Source: Nocardioides sp. (GTDB taxonomy: Bacteria > Actinomycetota > Actinomycetes > Propionibacteriales > Nocardioidaceae). From it: a stretch of 58,739 nucleotides of DNA. This document shows, in pieces, positions 28,847 to 38,377 of the stretch. The notes beneath the pieces are model-generated. The model worked only from the letters and a program-made list of their open reading frames with translations. It ran no database searches and was not told the origin of the DNA. The stretch is taken from assembly GCA_035691135.1 (NCBI GenBank), contig DASSJR010000149.1:1-58739 (forward strand). Direction: 5' to 3'. Every line of letters starts with the position of its first letter. Within the stretch, counting starts at the first letter, position 1. The translations under genes and the position numbers were made by a program.

Positions 28847-28871
28847 GTACCCGAGCCAGCGGAGATCACAC
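28847..28871 (-). promoter_or_regulatory. Putative SigF/SigB-type stress promoter
   Basis: Minus strand GTGT-N15-GGGTAC upstream of 28814. Confidence 0.45.
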
Positions 28872-28889
28872 GCTCCGACCCGCAGCGCG

Positions 28890-29522
28890 TCACCAGCTGG
28901 GGCGCGGTCCCCCGAACGGCATCTCGACCAGCGGTGCGCCCACGCCGGAGACGTCCCGCAGGATCCAGTCGTCCCGCAGCAGCAGCATGGCCGACGCGGG
29001 ACGCAGCGCCAGCCACAGCCAGCGGCCGACCGCTTCGCCGGCGACCACGGACCGGTCGAAATCCCCGGTCCTGCTCGTGGAGACCGGCCACATCGGGACG
29101 GTCTGGCTGGCGATCCGCACCTTGATCGGTGGCGGCCCCTCGCCGAGCTCGCCGCCCGGGTCGTCGCCCACCAGCCCGGCGCATCGCGCGCCCAGCCCCA
29201 CCCCGGCCTCCTCGGCGACCACGAACGCGTCCACCGGCCCGTCGAGCTCGCTGGTCCCCGAGCAGCAGGTGATGGTGGCCATCGGACGTCCCGACCGGGC
29301 CGTCACCACGCCGAACTCGGTGACCGCCCACCCGGGGCTCATCGGCCAGGGCAGGTAGGTCGGGAAGTCGCCGGAGACGCGCAGGTGCTCGGTGAACTCG
29401 GCGTACGACGGCTCGCTGGGCAGCCAGAGAGCGGGAATCGTCCCGTGGACGGGGCACCGCGCGCCCTTCCCGACACGCTCGACCTCCTCCCGGCAGCGAG
29501 GGCAGGCCACGTCGAGGGACAT
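28890..29522 (-). CDS. Conserved actinobacterial protein (DUF6758-like) with N-terminal zinc ribbon
   Basis: CPRC...CPVHG; VAEEAGVGLGARCAGL; AGEAVGRWLW. Confidence 0.75.
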   Translation of the reverse strand: MSLDVACPRCREEVERVGKGARCPVHGTIPALWLPSEPSYAEFTEHLRVSGDFPTYLPWPMSPGWAVTEFGVVTARSGRPMATITCCSGTSELDGPVDAFVVAEEAGVGLGARCAGLVGDDPGGELGEGPPPIKVRIASQTVPMWPVSTSRTGDFDRSVVAGEAVGRWLWLALRPASAMLLLRDDWILRDVSGVGAPLVEMPFGGPRPSW

Positions 29523-29554
29523 GGGTCAACCGTTGTGGGGAGCGCTCACCCGCG

Positions 29555-30127
29555 TCAAGGGCCGGCTGTGGTGTTCCACGTGAGCACCACCGGCGTCTCG
29601 CGTTCGTAACCGAGGACCGAGACCGTAGCCGTGTCCAGCCGGAACAGTCGTCCCTCGGTGACGGGTAGTCCGAGCCACCTCGCCGTCAGGGCACGAAGCG
29701 CGTGCCCGTGGCCGAACACCAGCACGTCACCCTCGACGCCACGCAGCCGGGTGACCACCCGGTCGAGCCGCTCGGACACCTCGCCAGCGGACTCGCCACC
29801 GGGCGAGGGGTGCGTCCAGACGGTCCAGTCGGGCACGCTCTCCCGGATCTCGTCGCTGGTCACGCCTTCGTAGTCTCCGTACGCCCACTCCGCGAGGTCG
29901 TCGTCCATCTCCGCCTCGGCGTGTCCCGCGAGCTCGGCTGTGTGGCGGGCCCGGCGGCGCGGGCTGGTGAGCACGAGTGCGAAGTCGCGGGCCAGCTGCG
30001 GACGCAGGCTGCGGGCGACCTCTTCGCCGTCCTCGGTCAGCGGCAGGTCGGTCGTGGAGGTGTGCCGGTGGTCGCGGCTCCACTCGGTCTCGCCGTGGCG
30101 GACCAGCCACACCTCGTTCGCCCCCAT
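29555..30127 (-). CDS. Histidine phosphatase family protein
   Basis: RHGETEWS, SPRRRA, EWAYGDYEG, GHGH. Confidence 0.93.
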   Translation of the reverse strand: MGANEVWLVRHGETEWSRDHRHTSTTDLPLTEDGEEVARSLRPQLARDFALVLTSPRRRARHTAELAGHAEAEMDDDLAEWAYGDYEGVTSDEIRESVPDWTVWTHPSPGGESAGEVSERLDRVVTRLRGVEGDVLVFGHGHALRALTARWLGLPVTEGRLFRLDTATVSVLGYERETPVVLTWNTTAGP

Positions 30128-30134
30128 TGCGAGC

Positions 30135-30668
30135 TCACCCGCCCGAGGGTCCGGGCCAGGCCTTGTCAGGCTGTGGGGTGGGGCGCCCGGGCTGCTCCCC
30201 ACCACGCTCCTCGAGGTAGTTGTTCTTGGGCACCATCACCTTGCGGCGGAAGATGCACACCACCTTGCCGTCCTGGTTGTAGCCGATCGTCTCGACGTGG
30301 ACCACGCCGCGATCGTCCTTCGACGTGCTCTCCCACTTGTCGAGCACAGTGGTCTCACCGTAGAGCGTGTCCCCGTGGAACGTCGGTGCGACGTGGCGCA
30401 GCGACTCGATCTCGAGGTTGGCGATGGCCTTGCCGGAGATGTCCGGGACGCTCATCCCGAGCAGCAGGGAGTAGACGTAGTTGCCGACGACGACGTTGCG
30501 GCCGAACTGGGTCGTCTCCCCGGCGTAGTTGACGTCGAGGTGCAGCGGGTGGTGGTTCATCGTGAGGAGGCAGAACAGGTGGTCGTCGTACTCCGTCACC
30601 GTCTTGCCCGGCCAGTGCTTGTAGGTCGCACCGACCTCGAACTCCTCGTAGCTGCGGCCGAACTGCAT
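30135..30668 (-). CDS. MaoC-family hydratase (mesaconyl-CoA hydratase-like)
   Basis: MQFGRSYEEFEVG...DDHLFCLLTMNHHPLH...PTFHGDT. Confidence 0.9.
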   Translation of the reverse strand: MQFGRSYEEFEVGATYKHWPGKTVTEYDDHLFCLLTMNHHPLHLDVNYAGETTQFGRNVVVGNYVYSLLLGMSVPDISGKAIANLEIESLRHVAPTFHGDTLYGETTVLDKWESTSKDDRGVVHVETIGYNQDGKVVCIFRRKVMVPKNNYLEERGGEQPGRPTPQPDKAWPGPSGG

Positions 30669-30830
30669 GCATCTCTCCTCACCGCGAGCGATTGGGATGG
30701 GGGAATCGCGGGTGTCCCTATCGTGCCCAACGGGACGGTCTGCCGGCAGGCCGGTCCCAGGTGGGAAGGATCACGTCAACCCCTCCCGCCCCCCGCGTGG
30801 CCAGTTCAGGGGCAGCCCGCGCGCAAACTC

Positions 30831-31013
30831 TCAGGCCCCCCCGCCGCCGGCCTTCCGTCGGTGGACCTTCGGAGTTGCGCCTCCGGCAACCTCGGGTCCG
30901 TGGGCCTTCGACTTGTGGCCGGCGGAGTCTTCGGGGTGATCGTGGCTCTTCTTACGCTCCAGGGCCTCCCGCATCTTCGTCTTGAGGTCGTCGTTGGCGT
31001 GTGAGTCAGGCAT
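30831..31013 (-). CDS. Small DUF5302-like protein
   Basis: AGGAGG RBS; KMREALERKK...HRRKAG. Confidence 0.7.
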   Translation of the reverse strand: MPDSHANDDLKTKMREALERKKSHDHPEDSAGHKSKAHGPEVAGGATPKVHRRKAGGGGA

Positions 31014-31175
31014 GCATCCTCCTGCGGTGGGCGGACAGGGTTCCACCTTCGCACGGTGGACGCCAGCCCGCCACGACGTTTGCCGGCACCCACCGGCGCT
31101 ACCAGATCCGGTGAGGCGAGGCACTGGCATGGCCGCCCGATTCACCGCGACGACGGCATCAGCGCCGGGTCGCGG

Positions 31176-32060
31176 TCAGGATCGATGCGGTTTGACGGCG
31201 ATCCGACCGCTGGACATGGGGAGGAGCAGGATCTCGTCATCGATCGAGGCGAAGTACTCTTCCGTGGCCTTGCGAGCGCCGTCCCAATGGCCGTAGTCGT
31301 CGAGGATCAGCACGCCGCCGGGTACCAGCCGGGGGTAGAGGTGCTCGAGCTCGTGCTTGGTCGAGGCGTACCAGTCGGTATCCAGACGAAGCACCGCGAT
31401 CCGCTCGGGCGCGCCGGACGGAATGGTTTCCTCGACGAGCCCCTGGACGAAGTGTGTCCGCTCGGCGGCGTAACCGGTCTCGATCATCCCCTCGCGCACG
31501 TCGTCCAGCCCGGCGTAGGCCCACACCGGATGAGCTCGGGAGTGTCGCTGGAGCAGGTCCTCGGCACGAGAGCCATCGCCGATGCGCTTGTCGTTCTCGC
31601 TGGGCGGAGGCATCCCCTCGTAGGTGTCGAACAGGTAGAGGTCACGGTCGGCATCGTTCTGCTCGAGCAGCGTCCACGCGACAGCCTGCATCGACCCTCC
31701 CCGCCATACACCGCACTCGACGACGTCCCCCTCGACACCGGCCGCGGCGACGTAGCGGATGGACTGTATGAGCGCATAGAGCTTCACCGCCGAGGTCATC
31801 GTCCTCGGCGCCACACGTCGGATCAGCTCGGTTGCCCAGTCGTCATAGTGGTCCGGCACGTGGACCGGACGCCGCCGGGAATCCGCCGCTCGCTTCGCTT
31901 TGGGTTTCGGCTTGCTGACGTGCGCCTTTCCCCGCTGCGCAGCGGGTGCGGGACTTGCACTCGTGGCCGACCCCACGCGTTGCAGCTGGTAGCCGGTCGT
32001 GCGACGCAGAACGTCATTGACTGCCTGCTTCCAGGCCGGGGCTTGGTGCGTTCGCGGCAT
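31176..32060 (-). CDS. TylF/MycF/NovP-family sugar O-methyltransferase
   Basis: VECGVWRGGS, LFDTYEG, RLDTDWYAST, DDYGHWDG; TATGCT-N7-ATG places the start at 32060. Confidence 0.92.
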   Translation of the reverse strand: MPRTHQAPAWKQAVNDVLRRTTGYQLQRVGSATSASPAPAAQRGKAHVSKPKPKAKRAADSRRRPVHVPDHYDDWATELIRRVAPRTMTSAVKLYALIQSIRYVAAAGVEGDVVECGVWRGGSMQAVAWTLLEQNDADRDLYLFDTYEGMPPPSENDKRIGDGSRAEDLLQRHSRAHPVWAYAGLDDVREGMIETGYAAERTHFVQGLVEETIPSGAPERIAVLRLDTDWYASTKHELEHLYPRLVPGGVLILDDYGHWDGARKATEEYFASIDDEILLLPMSSGRIAVKPHRS

Positions 32061-32128
32061 GAACGGGAGCATAGTTGGCTGAGGGCGAAGGCGGCGCTCC
32101 GGGGTCGAGACGCCTTGACTGAGGAATC

Positions 32129-33190
32129 TCAGGTCCGTTGGCCGAACTCGACGTTGTCGGGCACTGGGCGTCCGCTGTCTGAGGTGGTGCGCAACGCGCG
32201 TAGCAGGTCGGCGCTCAGATCGGCGGCGTGCTCCAGGACTTCAGGGTCGGGAACATCCTCCGGTTGGCGGAGACTGCCGTCATGGGTCGCCGCGTTGAGC
32301 TCGTCGAGATTCCCCGCCACGTGGTAACCGCGCTTGGCCAGCTCCTTGGCGACCCCGCGGCTGCGCTTGCGCAAGATGCCGAACTGCTGCTCGCTCAACC
32401 CGATCCGCCCACCCTGGCGCGGAACGAGGAGCGTGTGGGACACATAGCGCCGTAGCCAGCGGTACCCGGACCACATGTGCTCGTCGGCATCGACCGCCGT
32501 TCGTAACCGTGGGCCGATCACCTGCAGCAGCCGGGCAGACTCGACGCTCAGTGACTCGTTGACGCGGGCCCCGGCCGACACGTCGATCACGCCGTCCGGG
32601 ACGCCGGCGACTGATGCGAAGCGTTGCCACAGCTGGTCCGGCCCGTCCCGACGTGGCGGGACGGTCACAACGTGCACCCGTGCCGGATCCAGCTCTGCGG
32701 CCCAGCGCCGCAGAACCCACGCAGGGTCGAGGGTCCAGTATCCCCACCGCTCCCCTGGCGGCTCGAGACCCTGGATGAACTCGGCCAGACTTCCACCGCG
32801 GCCGAGCTTGAGGGTTTCCTGCCACCCGGCCGGGACGACTGAGACCAGGTCGCGAGCGGTGACCACGACGTGGACCTCGGCATCGCCGAACCGGGTGACG
32901 GCCTCGTGGGCACGACGGGGTCCGGCCAACGAGAACCACTCGTTGCTGAGCAGGGCGGTGCCTGGATGCTCCATGACTTCGGCGTGGAGGCGATCCCATA
33001 CTGCAGCAAACCGAGGAGTCCGCCACCCCGACCGCACTGCCGCGGCAGCTTGGTTGTGCTCGAACGGGCGAGCGCCTGGCAGCAGCACCCCCGCTTCGGC
33101 CAGGCGGGTCCGGTTCGCCCAGAGCAGGGTCTGCAGATACGTCGTACCGGCCTTCGGCGTTCCGACGTGAAGGACGACGCGATCAGCCAC
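32129..33190 (-). CDS. Sulfotransferase-fold P-loop protein (paralog 1)
   Basis: LHVGTPKAGTTYLQ; LLSNE; TARDL...WQETLK; NESL. Confidence 0.75.
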   Translation of the reverse strand: MADRVVLHVGTPKAGTTYLQTLLWANRTRLAEAGVLLPGARPFEHNQAAAAVRSGWRTPRFAAVWDRLHAEVMEHPGTALLSNEWFSLAGPRRAHEAVTRFGDAEVHVVVTARDLVSVVPAGWQETLKLGRGGSLAEFIQGLEPPGERWGYWTLDPAWVLRRWAAELDPARVHVVTVPPRRDGPDQLWQRFASVAGVPDGVIDVSAGARVNESLSVESARLLQVIGPRLRTAVDADEHMWSGYRWLRRYVSHTLLVPRQGGRIGLSEQQFGILRKRSRGVAKELAKRGYHVAGNLDELNAATHDGSLRQPEDVPDPEVLEHAADLSADLLRALRTTSDSGRPVPDNVEFGQRT

Positions 33191-35561
33191 GTCGCTCCTG
33201 GTGCAGCTGCTCGATCAGAGTGACCCACTTGTCCGCGATGCTGCCGATCTCGTACTGGCGCGCATCGACCAGCGCCTGCTCACCCATGCGATCGCGCAAC
33301 TCCTTGTCACGCATGAGCGTCGCCAGCGCCTTGGCCAGACCGGGCACGTCGCCGTCCGGGACCAGGAGGCCGTTGTGCCCATCGACGATGATCTCCCCCG
33401 GGCCGCGCGGGCAATCGAAACTGACCAGCGGTGTGCCCTCGGCCAGTGCCTCGATGAGCGTCATGGGGAAGCCTTCGACACGCGAGGACATCGCAAAGAC
33501 GGCGCTTCGTCCTAGTTCCGCTCGCACGTCAGTGGTGTAGCCGGGGAGTTCGACCGCGGCGCCAGTCGCCTCGACCTGCTCCCGCAGGGCCCCTTCGAGG
33601 GGTCCCTTGCCGTAGATCCGGCACGTCCAGTCGGGGAACTCCTCCTGGATCAAGGCCCAGGCCTCGATCAGCCGCTCATAGCCCTTCACCTCGGAAAGTC
33701 GGCCGGCTGCCATCACGACCGTCTGGTCGTGCGGTGGGCGCAGGGTGGCGGGTGCCCACGGTACGGCGTTGCGGATGACCTCCAGTCGGGCATCCGGATG
33801 GCGACGACGGTAGTCGGCGGCATCAGCCTCCGTGAGCACCACGAACGCGTCCAGGCCGGGGATAGCGCTGTCGATCGCCTGCCCGGAGAGGCCTTGGCCG
33901 GCGTAACGGGTGGGGAAGTTGAGGTGGTCCCAGCCGATGCGAATCAGGCGCTTCTCGGGGGCCAGAACCAGCGAGCTGGGATGAAGGGAGGGCCGGGTCG
34001 AGATCAGGACGTCATCATCGCGAAGCTCTGCGAACGCGGCGCGCAGGACGGCGTCCGAGGCTGCGGTGTAGCCACGGGGGTCTGGCAGAGCCGACGGCTG
34101 GGAGGCGAGCTCTCGCAGGTGGGGCGACTTCGCGCGATTACCAGGTTTGGCATGGACGAGGTAGGTGAGGTTCACTCGCGGATCGAGCTCGAATGTCGGC
34201 TCACCACGGCTCCTGTAGACGCTCAGCACTTCGACGTCGTATCGCCCGGCCAGTGCGTTCGCCACGGTCAAGGTGGTACGGGCGACACCTCCGCTGCCGT
34301 CCGCGCTGAAGACGAGGAAGCACACCCGCGGTCGGCGCGGTCGACGCGCCTGCTTCACACGGTCCGCGGCCGCACGCGCGTGCGACTTGACCCGGCGTAC
34401 CGCCTTCGCACGCAATGGGACCGACCTCACCCCCAGCTCTGCGACCTGTCTCCGGGCCTGCGTGAGGTCGGCACGAGCCTTCTGGAGATCCTCCCTGAGG
34501 CGAGTGCGTTGCTCGCGGTTGGCCTCGACGCGCTCTGTGAAGGCGGCCAGCAGGTCGGCCATCGCGTCCAGACTCTCGGCAAGGAGGATGTCGTCGGCCA
34601 CCGCCTCGCGAGCGCTGCTGGTTGCCGGCCATTCCCGGTCGTCGGGCACCAGGAGTTCGGCCAGGTCACCGTGAACAGTGACCCTTTGCGCACGAAGTGA
34701 CTCGACGATCTCGGCGGACCGGTCTCGGGCGAACGCAAGGTCGTCCCCACCCAGGACCAGAGGAGTACCTGAACGGGGGCCGAGAACCTGATGGGCGAAC
34801 AGGAACAGGCCCACGTCCGTGTAGGGCCCGGGAAAGGCAACTCGCTCGCCGAGGCGCCGGTTCACGCGCTGCAGGAGGATCGTCTGCTCGAGCCCGAGTG
34901 ACGTGTTCTCGCGCGGAACGTCGAGTGAGAATCGTGCCGCATCCACGCCGAGGACCGCCGCGAACCTCTCCCACAGGAGCGCGCGTGGAGCGCCCGGCGG
35001 CGGCACCGTGATGACGTGCACCTGCTCGCGGGGCAGTGCGCCGCCCCAGCGCTGCACGATGTCGGCGTAGTCCTGGGCGGCCCACAGGGTTCGGAAGACT
35101 CGGGACTCGGGATCGCGGGCCCTGGCCAGGAAGGTGCCGAACGCGATGGTGGACCGATGCTTGATCCGCTCCTGCCACTCGGCAGGCAGTTGTCGCGCGA
35201 GATCGCGCGCGGTGACGATGACATGCGGCTCGTAGCCGAGCTCCACCAGGTCACTGACCGCCGCACGCGCGCGGTCAGGCGGAGCGGCGGCCAGCAGTTC
35301 GTTCGAGATGAGCAGATCGCCCGACCAGTCGCGGCCCGCATCGAGGAGGCGGTCCCAGGCGCCTTCGGTCCGCTCCGGATACCGGGCCCGCTGTGGCGTG
35401 CCGCGGACGTCGAGGGCGGCCTGGAAGTGCTTGTGCCGGCTCGGTCCAGGCACGCGCACACCCACCTTCCCCAGCTCGGCGCGGCCGCCCCAGATCACTG
35501 CCTGGAGGAAGGTCGTGCCGGTCTTCGGGCTTCCCACGTGGAGGAAGGCTCGTCCGCTCAT
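33183..35561 (-). CDS. Fusion: sulfotransferase-fold domain, coiled coil, GT4 glycosyltransferase
   Basis: N-terminal LHVGSPKTGTTFLQ; heptad linker; C-terminal GGVART, AGRLSEVKG, SSRVEGFPMTLIEAL; TACTGT-N7-ATG. Confidence 0.85.
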   Translation of the reverse strand: MSGRAFLHVGSPKTGTTFLQAVIWGGRAELGKVGVRVPGPSRHKHFQAALDVRGTPQRARYPERTEGAWDRLLDAGRDWSGDLLISNELLAAAPPDRARAAVSDLVELGYEPHVIVTARDLARQLPAEWQERIKHRSTIAFGTFLARARDPESRVFRTLWAAQDYADIVQRWGGALPREQVHVITVPPPGAPRALLWERFAAVLGVDAARFSLDVPRENTSLGLEQTILLQRVNRRLGERVAFPGPYTDVGLFLFAHQVLGPRSGTPLVLGGDDLAFARDRSAEIVESLRAQRVTVHGDLAELLVPDDREWPATSSAREAVADDILLAESLDAMADLLAAFTERVEANREQRTRLREDLQKARADLTQARRQVAELGVRSVPLRAKAVRRVKSHARAAADRVKQARRPRRPRVCFLVFSADGSGGVARTTLTVANALAGRYDVEVLSVYRSRGEPTFELDPRVNLTYLVHAKPGNRAKSPHLRELASQPSALPDPRGYTAASDAVLRAAFAELRDDDVLISTRPSLHPSSLVLAPEKRLIRIGWDHLNFPTRYAGQGLSGQAIDSAIPGLDAFVVLTEADAADYRRRHPDARLEVIRNAVPWAPATLRPPHDQTVVMAAGRLSEVKGYERLIEAWALIQEEFPDWTCRIYGKGPLEGALREQVEATGAAVELPGYTTDVRAELGRSAVFAMSSRVEGFPMTLIEALAEGTPLVSFDCPRGPGEIIVDGHNGLLVPDGDVPGLAKALATLMRDKELRDRMGEQALVDARQYEIGSIADKWVTLIEQLHQERRG

Positions 35562-35762
35562 GCCGGACACAGTAACTTGGCCTCGCGGTGTTCAAATCAG
35601 CCGGATGTCCGCCAGGAGTCTGCACCTGGCCTCGAGCATTCCTGCCACTTGATCGGCGGTTTCGGCCGGGAGCTTGCCCCCGTCGCCACCAGGCGTGGTT
35701 GGCCGTCGCCAGGCCCGGAGAACGCCGGCGCCCGGCCCCATCGCGCCGTCGAGCCGTGTCCC

Positions 35763-36980
35763 CTAGTGGCTCGCTCGGTATTCGCGAAGACGTGCGGCGA
35801 CCCTGGCCGGCCACCAGCGTCGCTGAAACTCGAGAGCCTCCTGCAAGCGCGCGACCTCCCCGGCGAGTGCCGCTTCCCGCTCGAGAATCTCGGCCTTCTC
35901 GGCGTCCAGCCGCTCGTTGTCCATCATGAGATCGCGGGTGCGCAGCAGCATCTCGGCCACCACCTCGGGCAGGCCGGACAGCATGTCGGCGTCAGTGGCT
36001 TCGTCCGGGTGCCGTGCCGTGTCCTCGCCGACGGAGGGCAGTAGCTCGGCGAGGTCTCCGTGCACGACGTACCCGCCGGCCCGCACCTGGTCGATCCAGG
36101 ACTGGGACACGCGGGAGAGTCTCTCGACCATCTCCGGTGGGGTCATGGGGCGCGGTGAGGGGGCGCGACTGAGCAGGGTCTGGGCGAACCACCGCTTGGC
36201 CACGCGGGAGTGCCAGGGCTGTTGGAGCCGGTCGCCGAGCGCCTCCAGGACGTGCCGGAGGAAGGCGATCTGCCCGATGCCAAGCGACTCGTTGCGCAGC
36301 GGCACCTCGGTCCGGTCAATGGTGCCGGGGGCCAGGGAGAGTGCGTCCGCAAACCGACCCCAGAGCACCCCCGGGTCGGCACCCTTCGGTGGGGTGACGA
36401 CCAGGTGCGTGCGCTCGGGCGGAGCCAACGCCTGCCAGCGCTCCAGCAGCACCATGAGGTTCTGGCTCGGCCAGAAATCCGCCGCGTCCGTGGCCCCGGT
36501 CGGCAGGTGATCGAGGATCCGGCCGGCGAACTCCTCGAAGGTGAAGCGGGCGCCGTTCTTCACCCGCTCCTGCCACTCCGCGGTCAGGGTACGAGCGAGG
36601 TCTCGGACGGTGATGACGACGTGCACCTCGAAGTCCTCGACCAGCTCCTTGATCCTGCCGACCTGGTCGTCGTCGGCCCATCCGAAGATCTCGTGGCTGA
36701 TCACGACGGTTCCGCCGATGCGGCGTCCCCGGCGCAGCAGCCACTCGAATGTTCCCTCCACCTGACCGCGTTCCAGGCCCCAACGCTCGGGTGAGCCCGC
36801 CATCTCGACCGCGGCGTAGAACATCCCCTCCTGGCGCACGAACGGGTAGATGTACGACTGCTCCTTGAGCGCGCCGCGGTTGTTGCCAAGCACCGATTGC
36901 ACGTAGGTCGAACCGCTCTTCGGCAGCCCGATGTGTAGGTACAGCCGCTCCGGGCGATCCTCCTCGGTCATCCGCAGCAC
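35763..36980 (-). CDS. Sulfotransferase-fold protein with C-terminal coiled coil (paralog 3)
   Basis: LHIGLPKSGSTYVQ; ISHE; TVRDL...EWQERVK; NESLG. Confidence 0.75.
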   Translation of the reverse strand: MLRMTEEDRPERLYLHIGLPKSGSTYVQSVLGNNRGALKEQSYIYPFVRQEGMFYAAVEMAGSPERWGLERGQVEGTFEWLLRRGRRIGGTVVISHEIFGWADDDQVGRIKELVEDFEVHVVITVRDLARTLTAEWQERVKNGARFTFEEFAGRILDHLPTGATDAADFWPSQNLMVLLERWQALAPPERTHLVVTPPKGADPGVLWGRFADALSLAPGTIDRTEVPLRNESLGIGQIAFLRHVLEALGDRLQQPWHSRVAKRWFAQTLLSRAPSPRPMTPPEMVERLSRVSQSWIDQVRAGGYVVHGDLAELLPSVGEDTARHPDEATDADMLSGLPEVVAEMLLRTRDLMMDNERLDAEKAEILEREAALAGEVARLQEALEFQRRWWPARVAARLREYRASH

Positions 36981-37013
36981 CTGTCCTCGAGTGGTCCGGT
37001 TGGCGAGTCCGTC

Positions 37014-38207
37014 TCAGCGAAGCTTGTAGTCCTCCAGGAGGCGGCGCCCGATGATCATTTTCTGGATGTCCGAGGTGCCCTCGCCGATCAGCATGAAGGC
37101 GGCCTCCCGGTAGAGCCGCTCGATCTCGTACTCCTTGGAGTAACCGTAGCCGCCGTGGATGCGGAACGAGGCCTGCACCACCTCGTTGCAGTACTCGCTG
37201 GCGAGCATCTTGGCCATGCCGGCCTCGACGTCATTGCGTTCCCCGGCATCCTTCTGGCGGGCGGCACGCACCATCATCGCGTGCGCGGTCTCGACCTGGG
37301 TTGCCATCTCGGCGAGCCGGAAGAGGATCGCCTGGTGTTGGGCGATGGGCTTGCCGAAGGTCTCCCTCTGCTGGGCGTAGGCGATGCCGAGCTCGAATGC
37401 ACGGTTGGCGATGCCGCAGGCCCGGGCCGCGACGTTGACCCGACCCACCTCGACGCCGTCCATCATCTGGTAGAAGCCCTGGCCCGGCTTCTCGCCGAGG
37501 ACCTGGTCGGCGGAGATGCGGTGCGACTCGAGCACCATCTCGGTGGTGTCGACGCCCTTGTAGCCCATCTTGTCGAGCTTGCCGGGCACGGTGATGCCCT
37601 GCGCGGTCTCGCCGAAACCGGGTTCCTTCTCGACCAGGAAGGTGGTGAGGTTCTTGTAGACCGAGTCGGCGCCCTCCTCGGTCTTGCAGAGGACGGCCAC
37701 CAGGTTGGAGGTGCCGCCGTTGGTCAGCCACATCTTCTGCCCGGTGATCTCATAACCCGAGTCCGTCTTCGTCGCCTTCGTCTTCACGGCGGCCACGTCG
37801 GAGCCCAGTCCAGGTTCGGACATCGAGAACGCGCCGCGGACCTCACCCGCGGCCATCCTGGGCAGGTACTTCTTCTTCTGCTCGTCAGTTCCGTGCTTCA
37901 TCAGCATGTAGGCCACGATGAAGTGGGTGTTGATCACCCCGGAGACGCTCATCCACCCTCGAGCGATCTCCTCGACGCAGAGCGCGTAGGTCAGCAGCGA
38001 CTCCCCGAGTCCGTCGTACTCCTCGGGGATCATCAGCCCGAACATGCCGAGCTCCTTGAGGCCCTCGACGATCTCGGTGGGGTATTCGTCGGCGTGCTCC
38101 AGCTCGGTCGCGACCGGCAGGATCTTCTCGTCGACGAAGGTGCGCACCGCGTCGAGGATCGCCGACTGTTCGTCGGAGAGTCCGTCGGTCTGGCAGAGGC
38201 GACCCAT
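37014..38207 (-). CDS. Acyl-CoA dehydrogenase (methylsuccinyl-CoA dehydrogenase-like)
   Basis: FSMSEPGLGSD, GQKMWLTNG, IHGGYGY, IGEGTSDIQ. Confidence 0.95.
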   Translation of the reverse strand: MGRLCQTDGLSDEQSAILDAVRTFVDEKILPVATELEHADEYPTEIVEGLKELGMFGLMIPEEYDGLGESLLTYALCVEEIARGWMSVSGVINTHFIVAYMLMKHGTDEQKKKYLPRMAAGEVRGAFSMSEPGLGSDVAAVKTKATKTDSGYEITGQKMWLTNGGTSNLVAVLCKTEEGADSVYKNLTTFLVEKEPGFGETAQGITVPGKLDKMGYKGVDTTEMVLESHRISADQVLGEKPGQGFYQMMDGVEVGRVNVAARACGIANRAFELGIAYAQQRETFGKPIAQHQAILFRLAEMATQVETAHAMMVRAARQKDAGERNDVEAGMAKMLASEYCNEVVQASFRIHGGYGYSKEYEIERLYREAAFMLIGEGTSDIQKMIIGRRLLEDYKLR

Positions 38208-38377
38208 GCTGGTCCTTCCGGTGGTGGAACGAGATCGGATGGGATGCTACCGGCCGGAAACCTCGCGGCCGCCTTGGTGAACAGTGGGATTCCCCACGCC
38301 ATCGCGGCCGGTTGAGCCAGCCCAGGGTGGCGCCGCAACGAAGCCGTCCGGACCGGCCGGACGGATTCCGCTTGCCG

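Noticed and set aside
31176-32060. Macrolide or aminocoumarin biosynthetic cluster implied by TylF
   Set aside because: No PKS, NRPS or deoxysugar genes; the context is surface glycan
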